Origin: Prorocentrum cordatum
Lineage: Eukaryota
Direction of reading: 5' to 3'
Length of the DNA: 64,000 nucleotides
Assembly: GCA_963575745.1 (NCBI GenBank)
Contig: CAUYUJ010000002.1
Coordinates: forward strand, 620,001 to 684,000
The translations under genes were made by a program, and so were the position numbers. Position 1 is the first letter of the stretch; every line of letters starts with the position of its first letter. Of the stretch, positions 38,185-50,459 are shown piece by piece. The notes beneath the pieces are model-generated. The model saw only the letters and a list, made by a program, of their open reading frames with translations, did no database searches and had not been told where the DNA came from.

Positions 38185-39879
38185 CTGTCCGCCGTGGCCC
38201 AGGTGAGCTTGGCCTTCTCCTTGCTGAGGGTCTGCCTCCTCGCGCCGGAGAGGCGCTGGCCCTTGCGCCCGCTCGCGCTGATCCTCGAGACGACGAACTC
38301 GCCCACCCACTGCATGTCCTTCTTAGTGGTCTGGTTTACCTGGAAGGTGCTCGGGCGCTCGGTCACCCTCTGAAGGATCTCGGCGTTGTAGCTCTTGCGG
38401 CCGATCTTCTGCAGGTGGAGCTGCATGTCCTGCTCGAAGGCCAGCTCGTAGCGCAACCGCGTCAGACTGGTCCTCTTCCTGATCTCGCGGCCGCGCTTGC
38501 GCTCGCGGTTGAACCGGAGCTCGAGGCGGTGCGCGGGGCCCTCGAGCGGGCGCTTGGCTGTGACTTGACCAGGGGTCTCGCGGCACAGCCTGGCGCCTTG
38601 CCCCCTGTTGCGCCTGCGCGCGTTCACTCGGGGGCGCCCGCGGGCTCGGGCGCCGTTTTTGCCGAGCCTCGCCGTGGCAACCTTGTTCCCGAGGGCAGCT
38701 CGAAGGCCGCGCCGCCGGGCTACCGTCTCGCGGTTCCAGTGCCACTCGCGCTGCAGCTCGGCCCTCGCTCGAGGCGGCAGGGGGGCGAACTTCTCCACGT
38801 TGTGCTCGTCCGCGTGCTTGCCCCAGTCGAGGGGGATCTGGGGCTCGACCTGCGCCGCTGGGTCTCCTCGCAGCGCGGGCGCCGCCCAGGGCTTGCGAGT
38901 CCCCTTGTGCTCTGCCAGCCTGCCCTGCGGTCTGCCGCCATTGCCGAAGCCTCGCTTCGCGCCTCGGCCGAAGTCGCGCGGGGCGAGGGACTTGCCCCCG
39001 GCGCTCGCAAGCTCTCGGCGCGCGGCCGCGGCCGCAAGTCGCTCCTTGGGGCGGGGGGGAGGGGGCGCTCGTTGCATTGCAGTCGACCCGCGTAGTAAGG
39101 ATGGGCGGCAAAGATGCAAGGCCCCTGCAAGGCCTAGAGATGGGCCGAAGTGGCAAGAATGCAAGGGCGTAGCAAGATTGCCTATCACTACCACGCGGGA
39201 TGATTTTCTTAAAAATGCCACTAGGAGAACGGGGGGGAAGAGAGGAATAAGAAAGGCGGGAGGTGGAATGGAGAAGAGGATGGCCCCCGGATCGATCTTG
39301 ACAAAAAAATGGGTTCGGGGTCTACGTTTTCTATATGTAAAAACAAATGATTTTAATTCGTTTTCAGGTGCGCATGGGGGGGGGCCCATGACGGGGCCAC
39401 GCGGGTGATAGAAAAACCCGGAGTTGAAAAAGTTCGGCCCCGGGGGGGGGGGAGGTAGGAGGAAGAGAGAGAGAGAGAGAGAGAGAGAGACGAGGGAAAG
39501 AAGGAACAGGAAAGCAAGAATAAGAAAAGCAAAAGAGAAGGAAAAACAAGCAAAACGAAAGGGCAGGGATATGCGAAACATAACAGAAGAAAAAATAATA
39601 ACACATAACGACAAACTAAAGGAAGATAAGAGGAATCTTGCTCGGCCGTCTCAGCCTCGGGCCTCGCGGCCTCGAGTTGCTTGTAGGAGCTCGCAGCAGA
39701 GTCGGCCGTCTCGTAAGGCGAGGTTCTCAGCTTCTCGCGCGAGCTCGGGGCCGCGGGCGGCGACATCCGCAAAACCCAGAGGGTCGACGAGCACGTCGGC
39801 GTCGTCGGCGCGACTATCGGAGTCTCGCCTCAAGGCTGCAGTATCTCGGAACAGATAACCTCGAGCCAACGCGGCTACG

Positions 39880-41040
39880 GAAGGTTGTTCGTGTTAGCTT
39901 GTCGTTGGTGCTCCTTGGTGTTCGCTCGTTGTTCTTGCGGGTTTCGTTGCTGCTGTGGTTTGCTGTTGTTTATGTTGTGATTGTTGTTGCTTCTGCTGTT
40001 GTTGGTGGTATTGTTGTGTTTTCTGTTGTTGTTGTCGGTTGTATGGTTGGTGTTGGCGTTGGCGTTGCTGTTGTTCTTTGCTGTTGCTCCTGCTGCTGCT
40101 GGTGATTATGTTGTTGTGCTGGTTGCGGTGGCAGTTTTTTTTTGTGGCCGCTGTTGTTGTGCGCGCGTGGTGTGTTGCTTGCGTGTGATTGTGTTCTTTG
40201 CGTTGGTTGTTTTGTTGCTCTGGCACCTGTCTCCTGTTTTTTTTGTTGGGGGGGGCGCCCTGCCCTCGAGCCTGGGGGTCACCTCGCTGGGAGCTCCAGG
40301 CACCTCGTCCCCACTCTGCCCGAAAGCACCTCGTTCAGAGCTCCCAGCGGCTGGCGAGGCGCCCCCAGGCTGAGTCGGAACTCGGGGCCGAGGCCTGCGA
40401 GGCATCGCGCTGCCTCGTCGTCGCGGGCTTGCAGAGGCGCCCGCGCTCGTTGTCGTCGAGCTTCTTGTCCTCGAGCGTGGCCTTCTTGTCGTCGAGCTTC
40501 TTGACTTCGAGCGTGGCCTTCTTGTCGTCGAGCTTCTTGTCCTCTAGGCTTTTGCCCTCGTGTTTGTTGGCGCCCCCCCCCGGCGCGGTGGGTTCCGTCT
40601 CCCTCGCCCACCCGTCGCCCTTCGCCCGCTCGCCGACGCTCTCGTCGCCCGGCCGCCCGGCGACAGGTCGACGATCGTCGCTGTCCGATTCGGGAATAGG
40701 GCGCTGCGTCTCGGCCATGGTGCGCTGCGTCCTCAGATGGCTTGAAATGCTTGAGCCTAAATTGGCGACTGTTGTTTGTTGTTCGTGTTGTTTGTCTTGG
40801 CATTGTCATTGTTTGTCTCGTTGCTTTTGTTATCATTGCTTGTCATGCTGCTGTTGGCGAGCGTGCGGGCGTGCAGCTGTTGTTTGTTATCCCTGCTGTT
40901 TGTTTTGGTGCTATTATGCCCTGCTGTTGCCTGCTGGTTTGCTGTTTGCTGTTGCTGTAGAGCTGCTGTTGTTTGTGAATGTGTTATTGTGTGTGAGTGT
41001 GCGTGCGTGCGCGTGTGCGTGTGGGTGTGGGCGTGTGGAA

Positions 41041-41075
<35 letters not shown>

Positions 41076-41195
41076 CGCGTGTGTGGGCGTGCGAGTGTTG
41101 TGGTGTGCGAGTGTGCGTGTGGGTGTGTGCACGCGCGCGCGCGTGTGCGCGCGTGTCTTGGTGTGCGCGCGTCGGTGCGCATGCGTGCGCGCGCG
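39880..41195 (+). repeat. (TGT)n-like and (GT/GC)n simple repeats flanking the 40270-40740 exon
   Basis: Directly visible. Confidence 0.85.
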
Positions 41196-41204
41196 TAGCC
41201 GCCG

Positions 41205-42325
41205 GGCGTCGAGGCTCCACCCTCGACCCTCGGATCGACAACCCGAGATCCTGGAGTCTAAGCTTGGTGCTCCTCGGGTCTGCGGTCCGAGGTGCTCGCA
41301 GATGCCCCAGACCAAGATCTCGGATCCTCGATCCGAGGATGGAGGATCGAGCCTGCTCGGTGGCAATGTGGGCCCGAGGACAGCCAGGAAAACACCGCGC
41401 TCGGTCCTCGAACCTCGGATGTCGAACCCGAGATCTTCCAGTCCAAGCTGGGCGACCATCGGATCCAGGATCCGAGATACCCGCAGATGTTCCAGACCAA
41501 GATCTCGGCCCCTAGGTCCGAGGATGGAGGATCGAGCCTGCTCGGTGGCAGCGGGGGCCCGAGGACGACCAGAGAAGCGCAAGGCTCGGTCGTCGAGCCT
41601 CGGGCGTCGAACCCGAGATCTTCGAGTCCAAGCTTGGCGGCCATCGGATCCATGATCCGAGGTGCTCGCAGACGCTCAGGACCAAGATCTCGGATCCCCG
41701 ATCCGGGGATGGAGGATTGAGCTTGCTCGGCGGCAATGTGGGCTCGAGGACGGCGAGAGGGGCGATCTACCATCGCCGAGGCTCGGCCCTCGAGCCTCGG
41801 ATGTCGAACCCGAGATCTGCCAGCCCAACCTTGCCGACCCTCGGATCTAGGACCTGAGGTGCTCGCAAATGCTCATGACCTAGATCTCGGATCCTCGGTC
41901 CGAGGATGGAGGGTCGAGCCTGCTTGGTGGCAGTGCGGGCTCGAGTACGGCGGAGAGGGCGATCTACCATCGCCCATGCTCGGTCCTCGAGCCTCGGGCG
42001 TCGAACCCGAGATCTTCGAGCCCAAGCTTGGCGGCCCTCGGATCTTGGACCCAAGGTGCTCGAAGATGCTCGGGCTCAAGATCTCGGAACCTCGATCCGA
42101 GGACGGAGGATCGAGCATGCTCGATGGCAATGTGACGATCGAGGGTCGCCGAGGCTCGACCCTCGACCCTCGGATCGCGAACCCGAGATCTTGAAGCCCA
42201 AGCTTGGCGACCCTCGGATCTAGGACCCAAGGTGCCCGAAGATGCTTGGGCTCAAGATCTCGGATCCTCGATCCGAGGATGCAGGATCGAGCCCGATTGA
42301 TTCTTCGATGATTGATCGAGGATCA
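41205..42325. repeat. Tandem satellite, about 6 units of ~175-195 bp, rich in GATC/TCGA palindromes
   Basis: gaggatggaggatcgagc-like anchor recurs at ~41335, 41520, 41705, 41902, 42098 and 42275. Confidence 0.9.
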
Positions 42326-42488
42326 CTCGGCGAGAGGGGGGGAGTAGCACCCCGCAGCTTGGAACGCCACTCGCGCGTGCCCGAGCGCTCTCTTGGAGCT
42401 TGAAAAGCAGATGGGGTTTGAGCGCGCGCCCCGAAACGGCCCTATCGCAGCGAAAAAAAGGGGCGTTTGGCTCGGGGAGCACGTGCGC

Positions 42489-43577
42489 TCAGGCGTCCAC
42501 GAGCATGAGCGAGGCGGGCTCTGACGCGGCCTTCGCGTCGGCCTGGCTCTTCTCGTCATCGCTCCTGTTCATGTTGAGCTTGTCGCACTCTTCCTGGATC
42601 GACGCATACTTGTCGAAATGCAGGATGGTGTGGTTCTCGAGAAGCACCTCCGCGCGCTTCTGCTGCTTGACGGCTTTCGAGTAGTCCCGCTTGGCGCGCT
42701 TGTCTTGGTAGCTGTGCTCGCGCAGCTCGTAGCTCGCGCCCGCGGTCATCTTGATGGACCAGCACCCGACGATGGCTAGGGTCGTAGCCTTGGCGACCCC
42801 GTCGGTCGCCATCGAGACCATGGAGGTCTCGTTGCACCACCTGACGCACTCTCGGGCCCTGCGCGGAATCACGTTGAAGAGCATCTCGGCACTCTCGGCG
42901 GGCCTCTCGCGCAAGTGCTCGACGGGCTCGATTTTCTTGTTGATCGGCAGCACTAGCTCGTGGAGGTGGAGGAGCGCGGCGGGGGTGCTTGGGAGGGCTA
43001 ACCCGGTGCGCTCGGCGTAGCAGCCGTGGGTCAGCTTCTCGACGTTCTCGGCGCCGAGTTCCATGTCATTCTTCTTGGCGAGCTCTTGCAGCTTGGCCTT
43101 GCAGGTCGGCATGAGCCAGAAGAGGTCATCGGGCGGCTCTCCGTGGTTCTCGAAGATGTCGCACGCGTGCTCGTTCTTCTCGACGTAGGTCTTGCAGAAC
43201 GCCGCCACGGCCAGCCCGATGCGCCTCTTGCCCTTCTCGTTGAAAATGTGGCCGTACTCGATGCTCTTGCGGCACCCGCCTTCGTAGACCATCTCCAGCA
43301 CGGCTTGCTGGGCGCTCGACGACCACGAGGCTCTCTCGGCCTTGAAGTAGCAACTCGTCATCCTCGCTGCATCCGTGCCTTGCGCGCTCGACTGGCACTG
43401 GCGCATCTCGGAGATGCTGACTTTCTCGGCGATGTCGCTCAGTTTCTCGATGATCTTCTCGTTCTGCTTGGCCATGCGCTCGAGAATCTCGTTCCAGCCC
43501 GGGCTCGGCGCCGCCACGTGCTTCAGCGCCTCGACGGGCAGGCACGCGGCAGCTGCGCGCTCGGCGGGCTGGGCCAT
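42489..43577 (-). CDS. Intronless hypothetical protein, 362 aa (MAQPAERAA...LMLVDA)
   Basis: Uninterrupted non-repetitive ORF with GC-ending codon bias and protein-like composition; no family recognised. Confidence 0.7.
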   Translation of the reverse strand: MAQPAERAAAACLPVEALKHVAAPSPGWNEILERMAKQNEKIIEKLSDIAEKVSISEMRQCQSSAQGTDAARMTSCYFKAERASWSSSAQQAVLEMVYEGGCRKSIEYGHIFNEKGKRRIGLAVAAFCKTYVEKNEHACDIFENHGEPPDDLFWLMPTCKAKLQELAKKNDMELGAENVEKLTHGCYAERTGLALPSTPAALLHLHELVLPINKKIEPVEHLRERPAESAEMLFNVIPRRARECVRWCNETSMVSMATDGVAKATTLAIVGCWSIKMTAGASYELREHSYQDKRAKRDYSKAVKQQKRAEVLLENHTILHFDKYASIQEECDKLNMNRSDDEKSQADAKAASEPASLMLVDA

Positions 43578-43622
43578 CGTTGGGTATCGCGACGCAGTCA
43601 GGGGCAACGATGTGACGGGATA

Positions 43623-43742
43623 GGCACTGGGGGGGGGGACATCGACCTGGAATCGGCAATACATCGCCGATGCATCGGCGATGCGCGCCTGATGCGTCGG
43701 CGATGTATCGCAGATTCCAAGTCGATGTCCCCCCCAAATGCC
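43623..43742. mobile_element. Palindromic MITE with a catcgccgatgcatcggcgatg core
   Basis: ggcactgggggggggacatcgacctggaatc / gattccaagtcgatgtcccccccaaatgcc. Confidence 0.75.
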
Positions 43743-45169
43743 AATGCATCGGGATAGGCATGCCTATACATGCCGATGCATAGACATGCCTTTCCCACCC
43801 TATCGCTGCCCCTGGGGCGAAGAGGCTCGGCGCCTCGAAGAGGCTCGACAGCTTCTTGGAGTCTTGGAGACTCGGGGAAGCTTGAGCCTTGGCAGCTGCG
43901 AGGGCAGAGGGGGGGGAGGAGGAGGAGGAGAAGGAGGAGGAGGAGGAGGAGGAGGAAGAGGATGAGGAGGAGGAGGGGGGGGAGGAGGGGGAGGAGGAGG
44001 AGGAGGAGGGAAGGGCCACGAACCGTTTGAGGGGTGCGCTAAAAAAGTAGTTCACTTTATTAACCAATTAAGCAACTAACTAACGAATTAACTCACTAGC
44101 TAGCTAGCTAACTAACTAACTAACTAACCAGCTAACTAACTAACTAACGAAGTAACTAATTAACCAATTCCAATGCGATGCCTGCTCGAAAAACGCATGC
44201 GCAATCAAAATCCAATCGGTCCCTGTGGCCCTGCCACACGTTCTGGATTCGGGAACGGCAAGGAAAATGATAACCCCATGGCCTTGCCGCACGGTAGTAC
44301 CGTGGGCAAACTGAACTGGTGAGAGTCTCACAACCGTGCCACACGCTCGTGATTGCGGAAGCTGGTGTGGCGAGGCCACCATGGCCATGCTGAGCGTTTT
44401 TGATGTTGCTGCCAGTCAGCATGATATGATAGCAACTTCCATCCCCGCAACTTTCCCGTGGATTTTCAAATTCGGCCCCCGCGCCTTCCCCACATAGATC
44501 TCTGTGGTCGGGGGTAAAAATAGAGAGGGGAAAAGGGGGGGGGTACTTTACTATCGCCCGTTCGGGGTTTAGTGAGGGGGCGGGCAGGGTGCCCCGAAGA
44601 GGTACGGTCCGTAAACCAGGCCCCAAGGGCTCCGGGAGGGGCCCGGCGTGGGGCCTGACCCCCCCGTGTATGACCCCCCCAGGAAGCCACGCCCGAGAAA
44701 GTAGCGATGAACCCCCCGTCGCGATTTTTCTCGCGGCGCGAGGGGAGGCCTGGTGTCCCCAGCCCTCCGCTGCCCGCGCCGCCGCTGTCCCCGGGGGCGC
44801 CGGCCCCGCCGGCGGGGCCCCCGCGCGGCCGCCATGCCGCCGGGTCGCGAGAAAGGCGGCCGCTGGCGGCGTGGCCCGCGGGCAGCGAGGCGGGCAGCCT
44901 CGGCGCGTGGCGGCGCTGGGACACGGGGGTGAATCGGCCACGCGCAGAGGGGCAAAAGGGGGGGGGCCTATAGGCCCACCAAACAATGTTCGCCGTGCGG
45001 TTTCCACGAAACGTTCTTGGGCCATTTCTGGCTGGGGCTGTGTTGTTTTAACCTATCGGGCTTATGTTCAAAGCACATTGTGTTTGCTCTTAGAACATTT
45101 TTGGGTTCTAAGAACATTTCGTTGTAGGTCTAGGGGAATGCCGGGACGGCCAGTCCCTGCTCAAGTGGA

Positions 45170-45312
45170 GGGAGGGGGAGGGCTTCTTAGAAGCACCCTT
45201 GCTTTTTAGAAGGCGTTGGCCTTATCTATAGATGTAAGGCCGGCGCCTTCTAAGGAGCAGCCTCCTTCCAAGAAGCCCTCCCCCCTCCCTCCATCCCCTG
45301 GTGCGCGCCGCC
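45170..45312. mobile_element. Palindromic MITE family H (also ~46956-47091, 48484-48695, 48955-49060, 49262-49310)
   Basis: ggggagggcttcttagaag...gatgtaaggcc.gcgccttctaag.agcagcctcctt...aagccctcccc. Confidence 0.75.
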
Positions 45313-45346
45313 AAGTAAAGCCAGTGTCGTTTCACCGATACCTGTC

Positions 45347-45508
45347 CTGAAGTCGGGCCTGTCCCTCTACAGGAGGAATATTCCGAAATAGTCCGAGAAT
45401 AGTCTGGGGACGATCTTTTGAGCTTTTTCGATTATCTATTCAGTCTTCTTGTGGTGTTTTTCAGTTTTCGTCCAAATTGGGCCTGTAGGGGGACATGCCC
45501 GACCTAAC
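45347..45508. mobile_element. MITE family A, core-size copy
   Basis: TIR agtcgggcctgtccctctacagg / cctgtagggggacatgcccgacct; flanks cctgtc / cctttc. Confidence 0.85.
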
Positions 45509-46010
45509 CCTTTCCCCATCCCCATCCACATCTCGAGCCCCACCGTCTCACCACCTCAGTTGGGGATGTGCCCCTCGAAACCCGAAGAGAGCAGCCTGCA
45601 TCCCCATCAGGGGGTTAAATCGGCCAGTGGGGCCCAGCCCACGCTGGTGGGGATGGGGATCGGTCAAACGATGCTCATGAAGAGCAGGGGCGAAGCTCTA
45701 ATCGCAACCCTACAGTCAACCCGTATCACAAGGGCGCACGATGAGCATGCAAGGGCCTCGGGAGGCCATGTCGAAGCTTTTCGAGCGGGGCGCGGCCAAC
45801 GAAAGTGGCCAAGGATGGACCGAGGACGAGGAGGCAAGGATGCAAGGACGCCTGGCGGCGCCAGGACATCGGGGTGAAGAGGAGGGGCGAAGCAGATCGA
45901 TCTGGCTCGAGAAATGTCGTAGGAAGTTGGGGCCGAGGGTTCCGGTCAAGTTGTTGTTACGGACGTGCATTTTTCGGCATGAGCATAAAGTGAAGACGCT
46001 GGAATAGTTC

Positions 46011-46238
46011 AGGCTTCCCAGATGGATTCGGAGTAGATGGGGTCGGAGGATCGCGCCGCATCGCCGATGCATCGGCGATGCGGACCCGATTTCCTGCACG
46101 CCAGCAGCGCCGATGCACCGCCGACAGCGCCGGTGCATCGCGAGTGCAACGCCGATGCATCGGTGATGTATCGCCGATGCATCGTGGATGCGGCGCGATC
46201 CCCCGACCCTATCTACTCCGACCCCATCTAGGAGGCCT
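46011..46238. mobile_element. MITE family G (also 47269-47432 and 47756-47963)
   Basis: ~45-bp TIR aggcct....gatggggtc.g...agatggggtcggaggatcgcgcc with internal catcgccgatgcatcggcgatg palindromes. Confidence 0.85.
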
Positions 46239-46536
46239 CTAAATAAGAAACAAAGCATCCTCCCCCTTGACCCGAGTATCTCTTTATCCACGGGGTTGAA
46301 TGTGGCTCAATTGCCACAAAGGGCGGGGAGGCCGAACTTTCTGATCTCGTCCAAAGTTCCAATCGTAGCTCCGATCTTCATCTTATGCATTGCACCATGA
46401 ATAGTCCCATCATAACATAGATATCCCTGGGAATCTATACATATATATATATATATAGATCATCCCGCCTGGGCCCCGAACTTCAATATCCCCAGGGGAT
46501 CATTCTCACCAGTATAGGGTTACTCTCGGAGGCGAT

Positions 46537-46918
46537 CGAAATGGGTACGGAATGAATGGATACCCAGACACCCTTGCGCTGTGAAAAAAATCACGACTGG
46601 TGGCTTTGTTGCTAGTTTCAGTCTCCCGGAGCCCTCACCAGGCCTCGGGACCGCCAAAAAACGACTCAGGATGAAGAACCGGTAATGGGGAAAGGGTCGA
46701 GACCTCTGGGGGTCGACGTTCTGGAAAAATCACGATGTCGGGGGTCTAGGCACGAAGACCGACAGCAGTTCCTGTCTATTGTGAACAGGGTTCGCTTTCG
46801 GCGTCGCCGCTGGCGTGTCCATTCGAGACACAAGGTCGCCTGCCCAACAGCGGCCGCTGTCGGTTTTGGACAACATCTGTCGTTGGGCATCGTACTTATT
46901 TTCTCCGTACCCATTTCG
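46537..46918. mobile_element. MITE family E, longer copy
   Basis: Perfect 15-bp TIR cgaaatgggtacgga / tccgtacccatttcg. Confidence 0.8.
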
Positions 46919-48807
46919 GGCGTACGAGCACTCGGCCACGCGCAGAGTGGAGAAGGGGAAGGGGGAAAGGCGTCTTAGGAGGCTGCTTTTCAGAGGGCGT
47001 GGGCCTCGTCTATAGATGTAGGGCCGGCGCCTTCTAGGGAGCAGCCTCCTTCTAAGAAGCCTCCCCCCCTAACCCCCCAGTGCGCGCCGCCAATCTACAG
47101 TGCAAACGTTCGAAGAAGGACTACTCTGGGCTCAGGCTGGGCTGTATCATGAGGCCGTTACTGAGATCCAGGTCGTGGAACCTCTTGGTGGCCGAGACTC
47201 GCCGTCGCCAGACATGCCCCCTCATTCCTTATTCAGCGTCTCTTATGGTAGCACGATGACTGTGGGGTAGGCCTCTCAGATGGGGTCCGAGCAGGTTAGG
47301 TCGGAGGAATTCGCCGCATCGCCGATCCAGCTCGATGCGGAGCTCGATTTTCTTCACGCCGACATTGCCGATGCATCGGCGTGGCGGCGCGATCCTTCGA
47401 CTCCATCTGTTCGGACCGCATTTGGGAGGCCTCCAGAAGCGCTTCCCCTCGTGGTGAAATGATCACGGCGGGCGTTGGGTTGTCATTTTCGGTATTTCGG
47501 GCCTTCATCGGGCCCCATGACCGTCAACGAACGACGCAGTGAGGAGCAGGTTGCTACGAGGAAGGGGTCCAGATCTGGGGTTCCAGGTCGGCAGGCCCCC
47601 CCGAGACCAGAGCACGAAGAAACCAGAACACGGAAAGCCAAGGAAACGGCACCCCTTTCTTGCAGAGGCACATTTTTCAGCACCCGTGCATGTTTTGTTG
47701 GCTGCGCTGCAGGATTCTGGCGTGCGCTTTTAGGACCTGCGTCCGGTTTGTTTCTAGGCCTCTTGGATGGGGTCCGAGGAGACGGGGTCGGAGGATCGCG
47801 TCGCATCGCCGGTGCATCGGCGATGCGGCTCGATGTGGAGCCCGCGTTTCTCCGCGCCGACGCATCGCCGATGTCGCCGATGCATCGACGATGTATCGCC
47901 GATATATCGGCCAAGTGGCGCGATCCTCCGACCCCATCTTTTCCGACCCCATTTAGGAGGCCTCTATTGTTCTGGACATGTTGCAGAACAGTGTGTTGTT
48001 CGTGCCGGCGTCTGGGAAGATTGGTTTCGAGGGGTGCTGGGTGTCCGGGTCCAGCGTGTACAGGGTTGCGGGGCCCTACCTCAGAGTTCAGGGATGGTCC
48101 CAGGCAACGACAGGGGGTTCAAGCAGTGCCGAAGCGTCCTGGTGCGCCTGCAGGCTCACACAGGCATGTTATAATGATCCGCCGTGAATTGTATGTCGTG
48201 CTTTGGAAACATTTGGGCCGAGGCAGTCCTGTTTTGAGACATCGGTTTCAGGTCATAAGAACATTGCTCTTGCTCTTAGGGCACTCTGTGTTCTAAAAGC
48301 CTGTCGTGGCAGGCCTAGAGAATACCAGGACGGTCGGTCCCGATTCAAACTCCGAGCGTTTATTTATACGTCTAGGCTGTGTGTGTCTCCTTACACTGAG
48401 GCTGTCGTCCTTAAGTCCCCGTCTCCCTCGGGGTCCCATTACTGAGTCGCCGAGGATTGCCTCTGAAGTCCGTCTCCGTGCCAGGGAAGGGGGAGGGCTT
48501 CTTAGAAGCACCCCTGCTCCTTAGACGGCGCGGGCCTTGTCTGTATATGCAAGGCCAGCGCCTCCTAAGAAGCAGCCTCCGTCAAAGGCTTCTTAGAAGA
48601 ACCCATGTTTCTTAGAAGGCGCGGGCCTCGTCTGTATATAGATGTAAGGCCAGCGCCTTCTAATAAGCAGCCTCCTTCTACGAAGCCTTCCCCCCGAGGC
48701 GGGAATGTAATATATATAAATAAATAAATATATTATATATATATTAGATATATAATATATATATATATATGACCACGTCCTGGAGGGTCAGTTTTCGGAA
48801 CCTCGGC

Positions 48808-48923
48808 AGGCGGTGGATATGGACATATTCGGGCTCTCGGGGGCCGAAATATATCCATATCCACCGCCCGCTGGGGCACCAGGACGTCGGCTCCCAGGCG
48901 GTGGATATGGATAAATCCCCGCC
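48808..48923. repeat. Double hairpin ggcggtggatatgga
   Basis: ggcggtggatatggacatattcgg...ccgaaatatatccatatccaccgcc followed by a shorter copy. Confidence 0.7.
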
Positions 48924-50459
48924 TCGCATTCCCCCCTTCCCCTTTCCCCTGCTACTTAGAAGCACCCCTGCTCCATAGAAGGCGCGGGCCTCGTCTGTAG
49001 ATGTAAGGCCAGCGCCTTCTAAGAAGCAGCCTCCTTCCACGAAGCCCTCCCCCCTCCCCCCACCAAGCCCCTTTATCGCCGCCGCCATGAAGGAGGAGGA
49101 GGAGCAGGAGGAGGAGGAGGAGGGAGCGAGAGGAGCGCGGAGGAGCGAGGAGGAGGAGGAAGAGGAGGAGGAGCGAAGAGGAGGAGGAGCGAGGAAGCGA
49201 AGGCGGAGCGAGGAGGGGAGGAGGTGGAAGGAGGAGGAGAGGAGGAGGAGGAGCGAGAGGGCCCTCTAAGAAGCCGAGCCTCCTTTTACGAAGCCCACCC
49301 CTGTGCGCGCCGACGAGCAGGTCCTCCGCCGCCGCCTCCCCCGTGGGGTCTCCGTGGCCCCCCTCGCCACCGCGGCCGGCGCCCCAAGAGGAAATCCAAA
49401 AGGAGGCGCCTCTGTCGCGAGACTAAGGGCGCCCGCGAGACGAAGGCGCCCTCGAGGGCGCGAGTTGTTCTATCTTCGCCGGCCGGCTCCCGATTCCTCC
49501 TCATCCGCCTCTTCTCCCCGGAGGCGGGGCGCGAGAGCGCGAAGTGATTCGCGGGAAGCCCAGTCCGCGGACCAGGCTGACCTGAACGCACCCTGTGTTG
49601 CTGGGACTTCGGGCTGTGTTATGTTTTTCGGTTTTGGCGGGAGGTGCAGAAGAACAAGTAGAGCAAAACGAAGCACTAAACGAAAAACAAAACGACAAAC
49701 AACGTTTAGGTCCAGCCCTGGGAAGGCATCTCTGTCTCGAGGCGTTACAGACGCCCAGAGCCCCCTGGACACAGAAAAAACCCATTTCGGACGCGGAGCC
49801 ACCCTCTCCAGCCACCGAAAGCCCCAACGGGATACATGCGGAGACCCATGCTTGGACGCAGCACAAGCCGAAGTTCTCTCTAGAGGGGGGAGGGCCCGGG
49901 GACCGGCTGCGCGTGGGGAGGCATTTGCCGCCAACGCCAAGGCCCGCTCGAGGAGCCAATTCAGCGTACAGTCAGCACAGTCATTGAGGATGAGCGGCTT
50001 TCCAAGGGTACACCCACCCAGGATTTCACAGTGAAAACAGGGGGGGTCTGGTTTGAGTTGTCTTGGAGGATTCTGGTGGTCTAAGTGGGCAAATCGGAGA
50101 CAAGACATCAGTGGCTTCGAGGTTTGGGAGAGCAAGTACAATGAGCAGACTGCCGCGACGTCACGTTCACGACATCATGTCAATGGGGTCGCATCGATTT
50201 CAGCCCCTTGTGATCGAGGGGATGCTTCCCGATTTCGTGTCGGAACCGCGGCGCGGGCCCAGCGCGGGCATTATCGGGTGCTTGTGGTCGATCCATCGGT
50301 AATGTATCGTCGAGTCTTGGTCGCTATCCATCTGTAGTCGATGCTTCCCCTCCTGAGCTGGGTTGAGAAGTGACTAATCCTGGTCGATGTCCATTCCTGG
50401 TCGCTATTCATTCTTGGTCGCTATCCCCTCCTGGTCGACATTCCTGCTTCCCCCCACAG

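Larger units (their letters stand above)
32390..40718 (-). pseudogene. Multi-exon pogo/Tigger-like DDD transposase joined to a Ulp1/C48-like peptidase and C-terminal CxxC..CxxC, with several frameshifts
   Basis: In-frame splicing of introns 35791-38184, 35436-35633, 33544-33763, 33079-33193 and 32838-33000; CENP-B-like HTH region (38200-38500); AVVDAT, LVFADC and LQEPD; PAHYAHL, DYREAL and QVDGWSCGLW; the 5' exons at 39650-39870 and 40270-40718 are less certain. Confidence 0.6.

Noticed and set aside
42489..43577. TnpB/Fanzor nuclease
   Set aside because: No recognisable RuvC D-E-D motifs or CxxC..CxxC zinc ribbon
45741..45900. Myb-like exon (GWTEDEEARM)
   Set aside because: A single short motif with no further conserved Trp residues or clear splice sites
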